Below are positions 8,763 to 18,801 of a stretch of DNA of 64,000 bases, one piece after another. Below the pieces are notes generated by a model. The model worked only from the letters and a program-made list of their open reading frames with translations. It was not told where the DNA came from and ran no database searches. Both the position numbers and the translations under genes were made by a program. This DNA comes from an uncultured Verrucomicrobiae bacterium. Its GTDB lineage: Bacteria; Verrucomicrobiota; Verrucomicrobiia; Chthoniobacterales; Chthoniobacteraceae. The stretch covers positions 143,092-207,091 of the forward strand of contig CAWHEP010000001.1 in assembly GCA_963828525.1 (NCBI GenBank). The letters are read 5' to 3'. Each line of letters begins with the position of its first letter. Position 1 is the first letter of the stretch.

Positions 8763-10383
8763 TGGCTGCGGAGCATCGCCTGGCGCCGAGACGGAGGGGG
8801 TTCGGGCCCAGCTGCGGGATCTCGCGGCTCCTGCCCCGGAGCTGCGCGTTCTGGTTCTGGCACCGACGAGAAACGACGCGGCGCTGACCGCTCAGTTCCT
8901 GCAAAGCGCCGGTTTGGCGGCGGAGATTTGCGCCAACCTCGCCGAGCTCTGTGCCCGTATCGCGGGTGGCTGCGGCGCCGTTGTACTCGCGGAGGAGGCA
9001 CTCGCCGTACCCTCGATAGACATCCTTCTGACAACGCTGGCGCGGCAACCTTCGTGGTCGGACCTGCCCCTCGTCATCATCACTGGCGTCGCCGAGGCGC
9101 GCCTGCCGCGGGGTCGCCTGGCGCGACTCGGTCCCGTCGGGAACGTTTCCATTGTCGAAAGGCCGGTGCGGCCAGAGACGCTGGTGAGCGCCTGCGAAGT
9201 GGCCTTGCGCTCGCGGCGCCGGCAATACGAGGTGCGGACACTTATCGCGCAAGCAAAGGAGGCGGACCGCCAAAAAGACGAATTTCTTGCCATGCTCGCC
9301 CATGAGCTGCGCAATCCGCTCGCCTCTGTCGCCAGCGCGACCAGTCTTCTGCAGAGTGAGCCCGACGTGGCGGAGCGGAGCTGGGCGCTAAAGGTGATCG
9401 AGCGGCAATCTCGGCAGCTCGGCCGCCTGATTGACGACCTGCTCGATGTCTCGCGGATCAACACAGGAAAAATTCGCCTCCGACGGGAAAAAATCGATGC
9501 GGCCCTCATTCTGGACCAAGCCAGCGAAGCGGCGAGGCCGCTCATCAAGGCGCGCGGGCATCAGCTCACCTGCCGCTATGAGCGCGGCGCGCTTTGGTTG
9601 GACGCCGACCCTCTGCGCATTGAGCAAATTGTGCTGAACCTCCTGCACAACTCCGCCAAATATACGCCGACGAACGGTCAGGTCACACTCTCAGCGTGGC
9701 GGTGGGAGGACGAGATTTTCATCACCGTCGAGGACAACGGCATAGGCATCGCGCCGGAGCGACTCCCGGAGATGTTTCGGCTCTTCGCGCAAGGCGAGCG
9801 CTCCATCGCGCGGAGTGAAGGAGGGCTCGGCGTCGGCCTAACCATCGTGCAACGGCTGGCGGAGCTGCACGGTGGCCGCGTCGAGGCGCATAGCGACGGC
9901 CCGCGCCTCGGCAGTGTCTTCACCGTGCGGCTGCCCGCGCTCCCAGCCCATCTCCTGCCGCTCCCCACCGCTCCGGTTCCGCTGGCTCCCGGAAGCCTTT
10001 TCTCAAAACTGCGCCTCCTCATCGTGGATGATAACGCAGATACTGCCGGCGCTCTGGCCAAGCTTCTCCGCCGCGCGGGTCACGAAGTCGCGGTGGCTCA
10101 CGATGGTCTGGAAGCGCTCGACTGCGCGCGCCGCCAGAGTCCTGAGGTGGTCATCCTCGATATTGGCCTTCCCGGTATGGACGGTTACGAAGTCGCCCGG
10201 CGTCTCCGCGAAGAACTCGCCCGCGACGAACTCCTTATGATCGCAGTCACAGGCTATGGGCAGGATCAGGACCGGGAGCATGCTTTGCAAAACGGCTTCG
10301 ACCATCACTTGGTTAAACCGGTGGACATCACGGAATTGAAACGCCTGCTGGTTCGCAAGAACACCGCGCCATCGATTGAATAA
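8752..10383 (+). CDS. Hybrid histidine kinase (degenerate receiver-like N-terminus, HisKA, HATPase, REC)
   Basis: LAHELRNPL, NLLHNSAKY, DNGIGI, GGLGVGL. C-terminal receiver LDIGLPGMDG...LVKP. Overlaps the end of the KaiC-like gene. Confidence 0.92.
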   Translation: MIPDGCGASPGAETEGVRAQLRDLAAPAPELRVLVLAPTRNDAALTAQFLQSAGLAAEICANLAELCARIAGGCGAVVLAEEALAVPSIDILLTTLARQPSWSDLPLVIITGVAEARLPRGRLARLGPVGNVSIVERPVRPETLVSACEVALRSRRRQYEVRTLIAQAKEADRQKDEFLAMLAHELRNPLASVASATSLLQSEPDVAERSWALKVIERQSRQLGRLIDDLLDVSRINTGKIRLRREKIDAALILDQASEAARPLIKARGHQLTCRYERGALWLDADPLRIEQIVLNLLHNSAKYTPTNGQVTLSAWRWEDEIFITVEDNGIGIAPERLPEMFRLFAQGERSIARSEGGLGVGLTIVQRLAELHGGRVEAHSDGPRLGSVFTVRLPALPAHLLPLPTAPVPLAPGSLFSKLRLLIVDDNADTAGALAKLLRRAGHEVAVAHDGLEALDCARRQSPEVVILDIGLPGMDGYEVARRLREELARDELLMIAVTGYGQDQDREHALQNGFDHHLVKPVDITELKRLLVRKNTAPSIE

Positions 10384-10416
10384 ACTTGGATTTTTTGCGA
10401 GGCGCCAGCTGCGGGT

Positions 10417-11952
10417 TTAGCCAGCGAGATCCTTCTCCAGAAACGCCGCGGCGGATTCCAACGCCTTGGCGCGATCCCCGGCAGGGCGTTTTTGCCAGCC
10501 TTGGACCAAAGCGCGCATGCGGGGATTTTCGCCGAAGCGGTCGGCGTGGTGATCGATGAAATTCCAGTAAAGGTAGTTGTAGGGGCAGGCGTCGGGGCCG
10601 GTTTTCTGGTCAGGATCGAAGCGGCAGCCTGCGCAGTAGTTGCTCATCTTGCGAATGTAAGCGCTGGTGGAGGCATACGGTTTGGTCGCCATGTAGCCGC
10701 CATCGGCATAGAGCGACATGCCGATGACGTTGGCGGCCATAACCCAGTCAAAGGCGTCGACATACATCTCGAGGAACCACCGCAGCGCTTCCTGGGGGCG
10801 GATGCCCGCGATGAGGAAGAAGTTTCCGAGGATCATGAGCCGCTGGATGTGGTGATTCCATCCAAGGTCAAGGGTTTGGCGAACGACGTGGTGAAGGCAG
10901 TTCATGGGCGTCTCGCCGGTGTAAAACCACGCGGGGAGCGGGCGCTCGGCGTCAAGTTCATTCAGCGCGTGGTATTCTTGGCCGCGGTGCCAGTAAACGC
11001 CGTTGATGAATTCGCGCCAGCCGACGATCTGGCGGACGTAGCCCTCCACGGAATTGATGGGCGCCTCGCCCTTCTGGTAGGCGCGGAGGGCGGCTTCTAC
11101 GCATTCCCGCGGGGTGAGTAAACCGAGATTGAGCAACGGCGATAGGACGGAGTGGAAGAGGAACGGCTCTCCTTCGGACATCATGTCCTCATAGACGCCG
11201 AAGGTGGGCAGGCGCTCGCGAATAAACAGGTTCAGCCAGCGGAGGGCGCCGGCGCGATCAACCGGCAGCCACATGTCGGCGGCGCGGCCCGGATGATCCT
11301 TGAACTCGCGCGCGACCATCTCAATGACTGCAAGCGTGATGGCGTCCGGCTTCTCGCGCGGCGCGGTGCTCGCGGTCGGGCGGCCAGCGCGTTTCCAGAT
11401 GGAGAAGGTGGCGCGATTTTCTGGATCGAAATTCCACGCTCCGCCCACCGGCTGGCCATCTTTGTCCATTAGCCAGCCAAAGCGTTTACGGAGCCGCCGA
11501 TAGTGGTTTTCCATCAGAAGACGGCGCGAGTCTTTGGCCCACTGGTGGAAGTCATCGCGCGTCATCAGGAATTGCGTCGTCGGCACGAGATCGATCTGGA
11601 CTTGGAGCTTGCGGCCCAGGCGCTCGATGACCTCGGTCTCAAAAAAGGAATTCGGCTCCGCCAGCACGATCTTCTCCGGGCGATGCCGGCTAATGTGCCG
11701 CTGAAGGCCAGTTTCGAAAGTGAGCGCCTCTTCTAACAGAACATAGTCAACCTCCCAGCCGCTCTCCCGTAAACTTTCAGCGAAATGCCGCATGGCGCTG
11801 TAGACAAGGACGAGCTTGATTTGGTGAAAGCGATGCACCGCCCCGCGAGCCTTCGACTCGATCATCACGATCCGCGCGGCACCCGGCGGGGTCTTTGCGA
11901 GGACGGCGTGCTCCAGCGAAAGCTGGTCGCCTAAGATCCAGATCGTGTCCAC
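10417..11952 (-). CDS. FeS-BCP cryptochrome/(6-4) photolyase family protein
   Basis: WILGDQL, H..KLVL..SAMRHFA, GGAWNFD..NR, HHIQRLM, four Fe-S Cys (MNCL, MSNYCAGC, ACPYN). Confidence 0.92.
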   Translation of the reverse strand: MDTIWILGDQLSLEHAVLAKTPPGAARIVMIESKARGAVHRFHQIKLVLVYSAMRHFAESLRESGWEVDYVLLEEALTFETGLQRHISRHRPEKIVLAEPNSFFETEVIERLGRKLQVQIDLVPTTQFLMTRDDFHQWAKDSRRLLMENHYRRLRKRFGWLMDKDGQPVGGAWNFDPENRATFSIWKRAGRPTASTAPREKPDAITLAVIEMVAREFKDHPGRAADMWLPVDRAGALRWLNLFIRERLPTFGVYEDMMSEGEPFLFHSVLSPLLNLGLLTPRECVEAALRAYQKGEAPINSVEGYVRQIVGWREFINGVYWHRGQEYHALNELDAERPLPAWFYTGETPMNCLHHVVRQTLDLGWNHHIQRLMILGNFFLIAGIRPQEALRWFLEMYVDAFDWVMAANVIGMSLYADGGYMATKPYASTSAYIRKMSNYCAGCRFDPDQKTGPDACPYNYLYWNFIDHHADRFGENPRMRALVQGWQKRPAGDRAKALESAAAFLEKDLAG

Positions 11953-12151
11953 TTTAGTTGAAAGATTCGGCTGGCGCGCCGGGCCCTATTTCCTTGCGAG
12001 CGGCACCGTCTTTGCCTTCCCGGATCGGCGGCTTTTCCAGCGGGCCTGTTTGCTTTTCTTAGGCAGGGCTTTCCCAAAGTTCAGCAGTTTCTTGCAAACA
12101 TCTTAACAATTCGCGCCCGAATGCCCATTTGGCCTCTGCCCCACGTCGGCG

Positions 12152-12223
<72 letters not shown>

Positions 12224-12371
12224 GTTGCCTTGGAAAACCAAGCTGATGGGGAACGAGATTACAGGGCGAGGATGCTCGGCGCAAAGTTTTTCGGAGATGC
12301 GGCTGGGACAGCGCGTTATTGCCGCGCATTTTTTAAGTTGGCATGGCGGTGGATTTGAACGAATGGGGAAC

Positions 12372-13052
12372 ATGAAAATTCTCCTCCCCGGACTCGCAGC
12401 TTTTTCCTTTTTGATGGTTGCGGCGGAGGCCGACGTGACAATCGTGCAGAAGGTGGAGGGGACTGGCCAGGCCGGTGAGATGACAATGGAGCTAAAAGAC
12501 AACAAGGCCCGAACCAATCTGTCCGGGCAGATCAGTACGATAACCGATCTTGATTCTGGCGACGTCGTCACCCTAATGCACGCGCAGAAGAGTTTCATGA
12601 AGATGTCGGGCGGGACAACGAAGGCGTTGCTGGAGCAGATGAGGAAGATGACCAAGGCATCGGGCGGAACGATGGGCGCCAAGCCGCAGCCAACCGGGAA
12701 CAAGGAGAAGATAAACGGCTACGACACTGAGGAGTACAAGAGCGAGTTTGGGGTAATCAAGATGAGCTTCTGGATCGCAAAGGACTTTCCCGGCTCCGCC
12801 GCCGTGCTCGCGGAGATGAAGAAGCTGGAACAGGGAAGCATGGGAGGGGCCAGGGCGCTGATACCGGGCGCCGATGATCTTCCCGGGATGCCGGTGCGCA
12901 CGGAGATCGACGCAAACGGGCAGAAAACGACTACCACGCTGGTATCGGTAAAGGAAGCGCCCATCGACGCGAAGGATTTTGACGTGCCTTCCGATTACAA
13001 GGAAATGAAGATGCCGGCGTTACCTTCCATGCCTCCTCCGCCGCCGCAGTAG
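12372..13052 (+). CDS. Secreted DUF4412-like protein
   Basis: Signal peptide MKILLPGLAAFSFLMVAAEA, TGNKEKINGYDTEEY, FWIAKD, FDVPSDY, Pro-rich tail. Confidence 0.7.
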   Translation: MKILLPGLAAFSFLMVAAEADVTIVQKVEGTGQAGEMTMELKDNKARTNLSGQISTITDLDSGDVVTLMHAQKSFMKMSGGTTKALLEQMRKMTKASGGTMGAKPQPTGNKEKINGYDTEEYKSEFGVIKMSFWIAKDFPGSAAVLAEMKKLEQGSMGGARALIPGADDLPGMPVRTEIDANGQKTTTTLVSVKEAPIDAKDFDVPSDYKEMKMPALPSMPPPPPQ

Positions 13053-13180
13053 GGCGCGTAGAGCTGGGCTTGCCTGTCCAAAACAGGTAGTTCTCCTGAA
13101 CCAGTCGCGCGGTTGCGCCCCTCGAATTCTCTTTTCATCTTCAGTCAGCCGTATAGCTTTGGTGTGTGGCTGGCCGCAGT

Positions 13181-13741
13181 ATGGTACTTGCTTCCACTTC
13201 CCCACGCCGGCGGTCGCTGCTCATCGAGCATGGCTATGGCGTGGAGATCGTTTCCCCCGATGTTGAGGAATCAGCGCCTGATTACTTCACGCCGGCGGAG
13301 ATCACTCTCCTGAACGCGAAGAAAAAGGCGGCGGCGGTAAGCCGCAGACATCCCCAATCGATTGTGCTCGCGGCTGATACGCTCGTCGCGGTGGACGGCA
13401 GCATCTTCGGAAAACCGCGGACCATGGACGAAGCCTTCGACATGTTGCGCCGGTTGAGCGGGCGCGCGCATGAAGTTTTCTCCGGAGTCTGGATGACACG
13501 CGCGGGCACCGGCGAGAGCCGGCACTTCGTGGAGATGAGCCGGGTGCATTTCCGGAGGCTGGAAGAGGCGGAAATTCGGGATTATTTCACGCGGGTCAAC
13601 CCCCTCGATAAAGCAGGCGGCTACGCCGCGCAGGAGGATGATCCAAGAATCATCATGCGCATTGAAGGATCTCGAACCAACGTCATCGGTCTTCCGATGG
13701 AGGCCATTGAGGCCGCGCTGGCTGAGTTTGGAAGTCCCTAG
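13181..13741 (+). CDS. maf: Maf family nucleoside triphosphate pyrophosphatase
   Basis: VLASTSPRRRSLL, AADT, GKP, DKAGGY, NVIGLP. Confidence 0.92.
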   Translation: MVLASTSPRRRSLLIEHGYGVEIVSPDVEESAPDYFTPAEITLLNAKKKAAAVSRRHPQSIVLAADTLVAVDGSIFGKPRTMDEAFDMLRRLSGRAHEVFSGVWMTRAGTGESRHFVEMSRVHFRRLEEAEIRDYFTRVNPLDKAGGYAAQEDDPRIIMRIEGSRTNVIGLPMEAIEAALAEFGSP

Positions 13742-13767
13742 CGCCGGTCGGGGGGAGGCAGACTGCT

Positions 13768-14097
13768 TCAAAGGTGCAATTGAGGGTATTCCCATTCGGC
13801 GAAACCCCCTTCGCATTTCTGGCTGGGACACCTGAAATGGCATTCCGAGTGTTCATCCTCGAAAACACGAATGTCACGCCCGATGAAAAGATGCTCGCAG
13901 GCGGCGCAGAAACGCAGCTCTGTGATTGACCACCACTGCTTGAAGGCGTCCGCCTTTTGAAGCAGTCGCAGCTTCCGGCTGTCCGTGAGGAGGAGCGGGT
14001 GCAATGTCAGTGCTTTCTTTGTTCCGGGGCCCATGTCAGAAGATACGCTTGGCAGGGTGTCGAGGCAAATCCCGGCACGGGCGTTCTCCTTCGGCAA
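13768..14097 (-). CDS. Small putative Zn-binding hypothetical protein
   Basis: FCAACEH...RCPSQKC Cys pairs. Fills the gap between maf and bamA. Confidence 0.6.
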   Translation of the reverse strand: MPKENARAGICLDTLPSVSSDMGPGTKKALTLHPLLLTDSRKLRLLQKADAFKQWWSITELRFCAACEHLFIGRDIRVFEDEHSECHFRCPSQKCEGGFAEWEYPQLHL

Positions 14098-14205
14098 TGG
14101 CCGCCTGGCGCGTCATAAAATCGCTACTTGACCTTTCTTCTCCCTTTCACCATCAATTACCGCCATCAAAAGCCCAGCATCCAATTGGCCGGGCGGCATA
14201 CTTCT

Positions 14206-16524
14206 ATGAAATCCAGCCAACTTGACCTGTTCCGGGACGTGCTCCGCCGGATTCTACTCTCGGTGTTCCTTGTAGGCAGTGGCCTCGCGCAGGCGCAGCA
14301 GCAGTCCCCGCCGGTGGTAAGGCAAATTGAAATCCAATATGCCGGACCCGCTACGGTCAGCCGTGAGCGGATCATTGCCAATATGCGAACCGCGGTTGGG
14401 AAGGTCTACTCAGACCAGGTTGTCGAGGAGGATATCCGCAACTTGTATGCGACCGGCAACATCACCAATGTCCGAATTTTCGGCGAGCCCCTTTCGGACG
14501 GAGTGAAGGTCGTTGTTGTGCTCCAGACGAAGTCAAAAGTGGGCGAGATCGTCCTGAATGGTGTCACGGAATTGAAGGTGAAGTCGCTGCGCAAGGAATT
14601 CACGACGAAGGTGGGCGACACACTCACGGAGTCCAATCTTGAGCAGGATCGGCAGAAGATCCTCGATGACTATCAGGAGAAGGGCTACAAGGACACGGAA
14701 GTCAAATCCCGGACAGAGTCGAATGAGTTGACGGGACAGACCCGCGTCATCTTCGACGTCAAGGAAGGCGGCAGAACGGTAATCTCCGTCGTGAGCTTCG
14801 AAGGTAACCACGTGTTTACCGCAAAGCAGTTGCGGCACGAGGTCAAAACAGGGCCTCATAACCTCCTCTCTTTCATCACAAAGAAGGGACTGCTACAGAA
14901 TGACCAGATCGATGAGGACCTTACGAGCCTGCGCGAATTCTACCAGAACCACGGCTATATAGACGTCGAAGTTCCCTCGCCACGCATCGATTCCTACAGC
15001 AGCGGGAAGGTCGGGGTGGTGTTTCAGATCGTGGAAGGAAATCAATATCACGTTGGCCGCGTGGACGTTTCCGGCCAGACGCTATTCACCGGCGATGAGA
15101 TCGCCAGAAAGCTCAAGCTAATGCCGGGGAAGGTCTATTCCCCCAAAGCGATGAGGGATGACACGAAGGCCATTCAGGACCTGTATGGCGCGAAGGGGTA
15201 TGTTGATCTCGCTGTCACGCCCGAGACCGTTTCCGGTGGCGCGGGATTGATCAACGTGACCTTCAAACTGGATGAAGGTCTTCAGTCCTATATCGAACGC
15301 ATCAATATTCAGGGCAATACACGCACAAAGGACAAAGTCATCCGTCGCGAACTCGATGTCGCTCCCGGTGAACTTTATGACACGACAAAGGTCGATCTCA
15401 GCAAGGAGCGGCTCAAGAATCTAAATTACTTCGGCAAGATCGAAACCTATCCCACCGAAACCTCCGTTCCGGGCCGCAAGGATCTCAATGTTCTCGTCGA
15501 GGAGAAGAGAACCGGCACGTTCAACTTCGGAGCGGGATTCAGTTCGATCGACAGCCTCATCGGTTTTGCCGAAATCCAGCAGAGCAACTTCGATCTTTTT
15601 GGGTATCCACACTTCGTTGGCGGTGGCCAGAGGATGAGAATGCGGGTGCAGTTGGGAAATCAGCGGCAGGATTTGATCATCGGTCTAACCGAGCCTTGGT
15701 TCCTCGATTATCAGGTCGCTGTCGGTGGTGAACTCTTCTTCCACAATGCGAGCTACCTCAGCACCTATTACAATCAGACGGACTACGGGTTTGATCTGAA
15801 TGCCAGGAAAGCCCTGACAAACTTCCTCGCGGTGCGACTGGATTACCGAATTGAGGAAATTGGAATCAATGGAATCAGCTCGGATGCGTCGCAACAGATC
15901 AAGGCAGAACGCGGATCACTGCTAAAAAGCTCTCTCACCACGGGTCTTACCTACGATACGAGGGACAACCTTTTCCTTACGCGTCATGGGCAGAAGATTG
16001 ACTTCTCCATCTACGCTGCTGGCGGCCCTCTTGGAGGCCAGGACAAGATTTACGGGTTCGACCTGAAAGGCAGTCAGTATTTCCTGCTGCCTTACGACAC
16101 CATTCTGCTGTTCAGCGGCGAAGCAGCCACGGTCAGCACCTGGTTCAATGGAACGCGTGTGCCGATCTTTGATCGCCTGTTCCTTGGCGGCGCCAATGAT
16201 CTGCGTGGTTTCAAATACAGGGACGTGGGTCCCAAGGATCATAATGGCGAACCACTTGGAGGCGACACCATGGCCCGCGCTACCGTGGAATACACCTTCC
16301 CGATCGTCGAACGACTCCGCGGAGCCGTTTTCTCCGACGCGGGCATCGTGAACGGTGGTTCCTACGATTTTAACACCAGCAACATCAACTCAGACGTCGG
16401 TATCGGCGCTCGCATTGATCTGCCAATCGGCCCCGTGCGTCTTGATTATGGCGTTCCGCTCCAGACAGATTCCTTCAATGGACATGGCGGGAAATTTAAT
16501 TTCAATATCGGTTATCAATTTTGA
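14206..16524 (+). CDS. bamA: Outer membrane protein assembly factor BamA
   Basis: POTRA repeats (GNTRTKDKVIRRE), LRGF loop-6 motif, C-terminal FNFNIGYQF, followed by skp-lpxD. Confidence 0.96.
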   Translation: MKSSQLDLFRDVLRRILLSVFLVGSGLAQAQQQSPPVVRQIEIQYAGPATVSRERIIANMRTAVGKVYSDQVVEEDIRNLYATGNITNVRIFGEPLSDGVKVVVVLQTKSKVGEIVLNGVTELKVKSLRKEFTTKVGDTLTESNLEQDRQKILDDYQEKGYKDTEVKSRTESNELTGQTRVIFDVKEGGRTVISVVSFEGNHVFTAKQLRHEVKTGPHNLLSFITKKGLLQNDQIDEDLTSLREFYQNHGYIDVEVPSPRIDSYSSGKVGVVFQIVEGNQYHVGRVDVSGQTLFTGDEIARKLKLMPGKVYSPKAMRDDTKAIQDLYGAKGYVDLAVTPETVSGGAGLINVTFKLDEGLQSYIERINIQGNTRTKDKVIRRELDVAPGELYDTTKVDLSKERLKNLNYFGKIETYPTETSVPGRKDLNVLVEEKRTGTFNFGAGFSSIDSLIGFAEIQQSNFDLFGYPHFVGGGQRMRMRVQLGNQRQDLIIGLTEPWFLDYQVAVGGELFFHNASYLSTYYNQTDYGFDLNARKALTNFLAVRLDYRIEEIGINGISSDASQQIKAERGSLLKSSLTTGLTYDTRDNLFLTRHGQKIDFSIYAAGGPLGGQDKIYGFDLKGSQYFLLPYDTILLFSGEAATVSTWFNGTRVPIFDRLFLGGANDLRGFKYRDVGPKDHNGEPLGGDTMARATVEYTFPIVERLRGAVFSDAGIVNGGSYDFNTSNINSDVGIGARIDLPIGPVRLDYGVPLQTDSFNGHGGKFNFNIGYQF

Positions 16525-16580
16525 ACGAATGCGCGAGTGTGCGGTCTTAGTTCATCCAATTTAGCTCTCTTCGCGTCTCT

Positions 16581-17180
16581 ATGAAAAAACTCGCAAGCTT
16601 CGTCACAATCCTCCTGCTCGCTCTTTGCGCCGCAGTTCCTTCCGCTCATGCGCAGTCAAAGATCGGCATGGTGGATATGAACAAGATTTTCTCTTCCTAT
16701 TCGAAGACGAAGGACGCCGAATCGCGGATCAATGAAGCGCGCGCCCGGGCGAAGCGTGATTTGGATGATCGCATGGATACTTACAAGAAGACCATGGACG
16801 ACATCAACCAGTTGAATATCGAGATTGACCGTCCTGAACTCAGCAAACAGCTGAAAGATGAAAAGATGAAGTCGCGCGACGATAAAATCGCGGAGACGAA
16901 GAACCTGGAGAGAGAGATCACTGAATTCCGCCAGCAGCGTGAGAAGGAACTGCAGGATCAGGCGGTGCGGATGCGCAACGCGATTGTGGATGAGATCACC
17001 AAGCTGGTGCAGGATAAGGTTAAAACGGAGAACTACGACTTGGTATTCGATAAGTCGGGCCAGAGTTTGAATGGCGTTCCCATTGTGCTTTTCTCCAGGG
17101 ACAACATGGATTTCAGCGACGACATCATCACGCAGCTCAATAAAGCTTCGCACCTGAGTTCCGCTTCAAAGCCAAAATAA
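16581..17180 (+). CDS. skp: OmpH/Skp periplasmic chaperone
   Basis: Signal peptide, KIGMVDMNKIF, coiled coil, YDLVFDKS, located between bamA and lpxD. Confidence 0.93.
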   Translation: MKKLASFVTILLLALCAAVPSAHAQSKIGMVDMNKIFSSYSKTKDAESRINEARARAKRDLDDRMDTYKKTMDDINQLNIEIDRPELSKQLKDEKMKSRDDKIAETKNLEREITEFRQQREKELQDQAVRMRNAIVDEITKLVQDKVKTENYDLVFDKSGQSLNGVPIVLFSRDNMDFSDDIITQLNKASHLSSASKPK

Positions 17181-17186
17181 GGTCCG

Positions 17187-18260
17187 GTGAACAGCCTCAC
17201 CGTCGAGGAACTGGCGGCGCTGGTCGGCGGAGAGATCGCGGGTGGCTCTGGGGCTGCCCTCATCCAAGGGGTTGCGGCTCTCGGCGACGCGGTTGAAGGT
17301 CAGGTCTCATTCTTTGGCAACCCAAAGTATGCGCAAGCGCTCAGGAACACGCGCGCTTCCGCTGTGCTGGTGCCCATGGATTTCGTGGGAGAACTGCCGG
17401 CGGTTCGGATCCGTGTCTCGAATCCCTCGCTGGCCTTTGCCCGCCTTATCGAGCAGTTTGCTCAACCCGCTGTTGCCTTCCCTCCAGGAGTTGACCCGCG
17501 CGCAGTCATTTCTGGCAGCGCGACGCTTGGCGAAGGCGTCTCTATACAGCCCTTTGTGGTGATCGAAGCGGGAGCACGGATCGGGAAGGGAACACTGCTG
17601 CACTCGCACACCTACGTGGGACATAACGCGGTTGTTGGCGAGAATTGCACGATTTTCCCCAGTGTTTCGATTCGGGAAGGATGCGAGATCGGAAACCGGG
17701 TCATCATTCATTGCGGGGCAGTCATCGGCAGTGATGGGTTCGGGTTTGAAAACGTGAATGGCAAGCACGTCAAAATTCCACAGACAGGCATTGTCCGCAT
17801 TGATGACGATGTCGAGATTGGGGCAAACACGACCATAGACCGGGCGCGTTTTGGCCGAACCTGGATTCAGGAGGGCAGCAAGATCGATAATCTTGTGCAG
17901 ATCGCGCATAATGTTGTCGTCGGAAAACACTCGCTGATTGTGGCTCAAGCGGGAATCTCTGGCAGCTCAAAACTGGGACAGTATGTCACTCTTGCTGGGC
18001 AGGCAGGACTCGTGGGACATATCGAGGTAGGAGATTTTGCAATTGTGGCGGCGAAAGCGGGGGTCAGCAAGAATGTCCCAGAGAAGGAGGTTTGGCTCGG
18101 AACCCCCGCTACTCCCATGAGGGAGCAGAAAGAGAAATTCGCGAACATCAATCGTCTTCCCAAGCTTTTTGCGCGCGTGAGGAAGCTGGAGAAGATGCTG
18201 GACGCGTTGGGGTTGCATCCGGTGGACGAATCGGAAGCGGCCGAGCCTCCATCCAGTTAG
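17187..18260 (+). CDS. lpxD: UDP-3-O-acylglucosamine N-acyltransferase
   Basis: Hexapeptide repeats, [27 protein letters not shown]. Confidence 0.96.
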   Translation: MNSLTVEELAALVGGEIAGGSGAALIQGVAALGDAVEGQVSFFGNPKYAQALRNTRASAVLVPMDFVGELPAVRIRVSNPSLAFARLIEQFAQPAVAFPPGVDPRAVISGSATLGEGVSIQPFVVIEAGARIGKGTLLHSHTYVGHNAVVGENCTIFPSVSIREGCEIGNRVIIHCGAVIGSDGFGFENVNGKHVKIPQTGIVRIDDDVEIGANTTIDRARFGRTWIQEGSKIDNLVQIAHNVVVGKHSLIVAQAGISGSSKLGQYVTLAGQAGLVGHIEVGDFAIVAAKAGVSKNVPEKEVWLGTPATPMREQKEKFANINRLPKLFARVRKLEKMLDALGLHPVDESEAAEPPSS

Positions 18261-18324
18261 ACACGCCGCCCTTGTCAACGGGTCAGGCCGTTCTATTGTA
18301 TGCTCGCTTTTAATAGGAAGCGAG

Positions 18325-18780
18325 ATGAAGACCGCGAAGCGCAAACGCAAATTGATGCACCCCAAACTGCCGATGCAGCGGCAGTTCCCATTTCAGCATG
18401 AGGGGCGGTATTTCGATCTAAAAGCGATCTTCGACAAGATAAACGCGCGGTATTTCTCCAACAGGTTGCGGCGTTACACCATAACTTGGGGAAGGAAGCG
18501 TAAGCTCCGCCCTAAAGAGTATTTTGTGTTCGGAACGATCCAGGAGGACGACCGCCTCATAAGGATCCATCCACTGCTGGACGCTCCCTTTGTCCCCGCG
18601 TGGTTTCTCGAGTACGTCATCTTTCACGAGATGCTCCACTCCGTTGTTCCCGACGAGTTGGACCCAAGCGGACGCCGGCGTGTTCATACCGAGGCCTTCA
18701 ACCTGCGGGAGCGAGAGTTTCGGTTCTACAAGCGCGCCCGCTTGTGGGAAGAAGAGAATCTTGCCCGGTTCCTGCGGTAA
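18325..18780 (+). CDS. SprT/YgjP-like Zn metallopeptidase-domain protein
   Basis: YVIFHEMLH (HExxH) with a downstream His in HTEAF. Confidence 0.75.
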   Translation: MKTAKRKRKLMHPKLPMQRQFPFQHEGRYFDLKAIFDKINARYFSNRLRRYTITWGRKRKLRPKEYFVFGTIQEDDRLIRIHPLLDAPFVPAWFLEYVIFHEMLHSVVPDELDPSGRRRVHTEAFNLREREFRFYKRARLWEEENLARFLR

Positions 18781-18801
18781 TTTTTTGCGCTGACACGTAC
18801 G

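Noticed and set aside
11975..12090. Basic minus-strand reading frame (LPKKSKQARWKSRRSGKAK...) between the tRNA and the photolyase
   Set aside because: No ATG/GTG/TTG start in frame and no recognisable family
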